From Candidatus Bathyarchaeum sp. (GTDB lineage: Archaea > Thermoproteota > Bathyarchaeia > Bathyarchaeales > Bathyarchaeaceae): a stretch of DNA of 64,000 nt. The stretch's first letter is position 1, and each line of letters opens with the position of its first letter. Below the pieces are notes generated by a model. It was not told the origin of the DNA, ran no database searches, and was given only the letters and a program-made list of their open reading frames with translations. Both the position numbers and the translations under genes were made by a program. Positions 63,786 to 64,000 of this stretch are shown piece after piece. Location: the NCBI GenBank assembly GCA_026014565.1, contig JAOZIB010000018.1, positions 64,444-128,443 of the forward strand. Reading direction: 5' to 3'.

Positions 63786-64000
63786 ATATATAAAACATAT
63801 CGACATAGATATGTCGAAAGCGATGGTATTAGATTCAGCTAAACACCACAATAAGTGAAAAGAAAATACAAAACATAACCATTAATCACCACAATCAAAA
63901 TGGTGTGCGGAGCGGGGGGCTAAAACAAGAACCCCGATGAAACAGAGTCGTGAAGCCCAAATGTCTTGTCTTAGGCTTACTGTTTTTCTTTTGATTTTTG

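Noticed and set aside
63890-63965. GC-rich patch (gcggagcggggggctaaaacaagaaccccgatgaaacagagtcgtgaagccc) in an otherwise AT-rich intergenic region at the window edge. Considered as a structured ncRNA or riboswitch.
   Set aside because: Only a short GGGG/CCCC hairpin could be drawn. It does not match tRNA, SRP RNA, RNase P or C/D-box patterns that I can recognise, and the region is truncated by the window end.

Overview
AT-rich chromosomal segment of an anaerobic archaeon; the lineage cannot be assigned from this window. Archaeal markers are an Sm-like protein next to ribosomal protein L37e, an AbrB-PhoU type regulator, an intron-containing tRNA, TATA-box promoters and frequent TTG/GTG starts. 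Anaerobic markers are a class III RNR, an FwdB-like protein and the COG1900 homocysteine pathway. Most of the window is core metabolism: acs, a fwdB-like gene, frameshifted cobN, the pstSCAB-phoU-DUF47 operon with a divergent regulator, pyrB and pyrI (not adjacent), argG-argH-carA-carB, nrdH-like plus nrdD, a COG1900/NIL-ferredoxin/COG2122 homocysteine cluster, an ABC-2 exporter, arsC, and hsp20 with a wHTH regulator. Two tRNAs are present: tRNA-Ile(GAU), and tRNA-Arg(UCG) with a 28-nt intron at the non-canonical 29/30 position. A ~2.7-kb decayed integrated element sits at the 3' end of tRNA-Ile. It is bounded by 22-bp direct repeats and carries an integrase C-terminal remnant plus an AbiEii/AbiEi-like toxin-antitoxin pair whose antitoxin has an extra PD-(D/E)xK nuclease-like domain. 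The most unusual items are: (1) a 740-aa NrdD paralog fused to wHTH + ATP-cone that stops one residue before the glycyl-radical motif, directly upstream of nrdH-nrdD; (2) a conserved inverted repeat at fixed spacing from the TATA box upstream of cobN and of two membrane-anchored binding proteins built from 2 and 3 tandem class-III SBP domains; (3) a 4xCBS protein with a C-terminal HPF/RaiA-like domain; (4) a 38-aa desulforedoxin gene missing from the ORF track. No rRNA genes or CRISPR arrays were seen.
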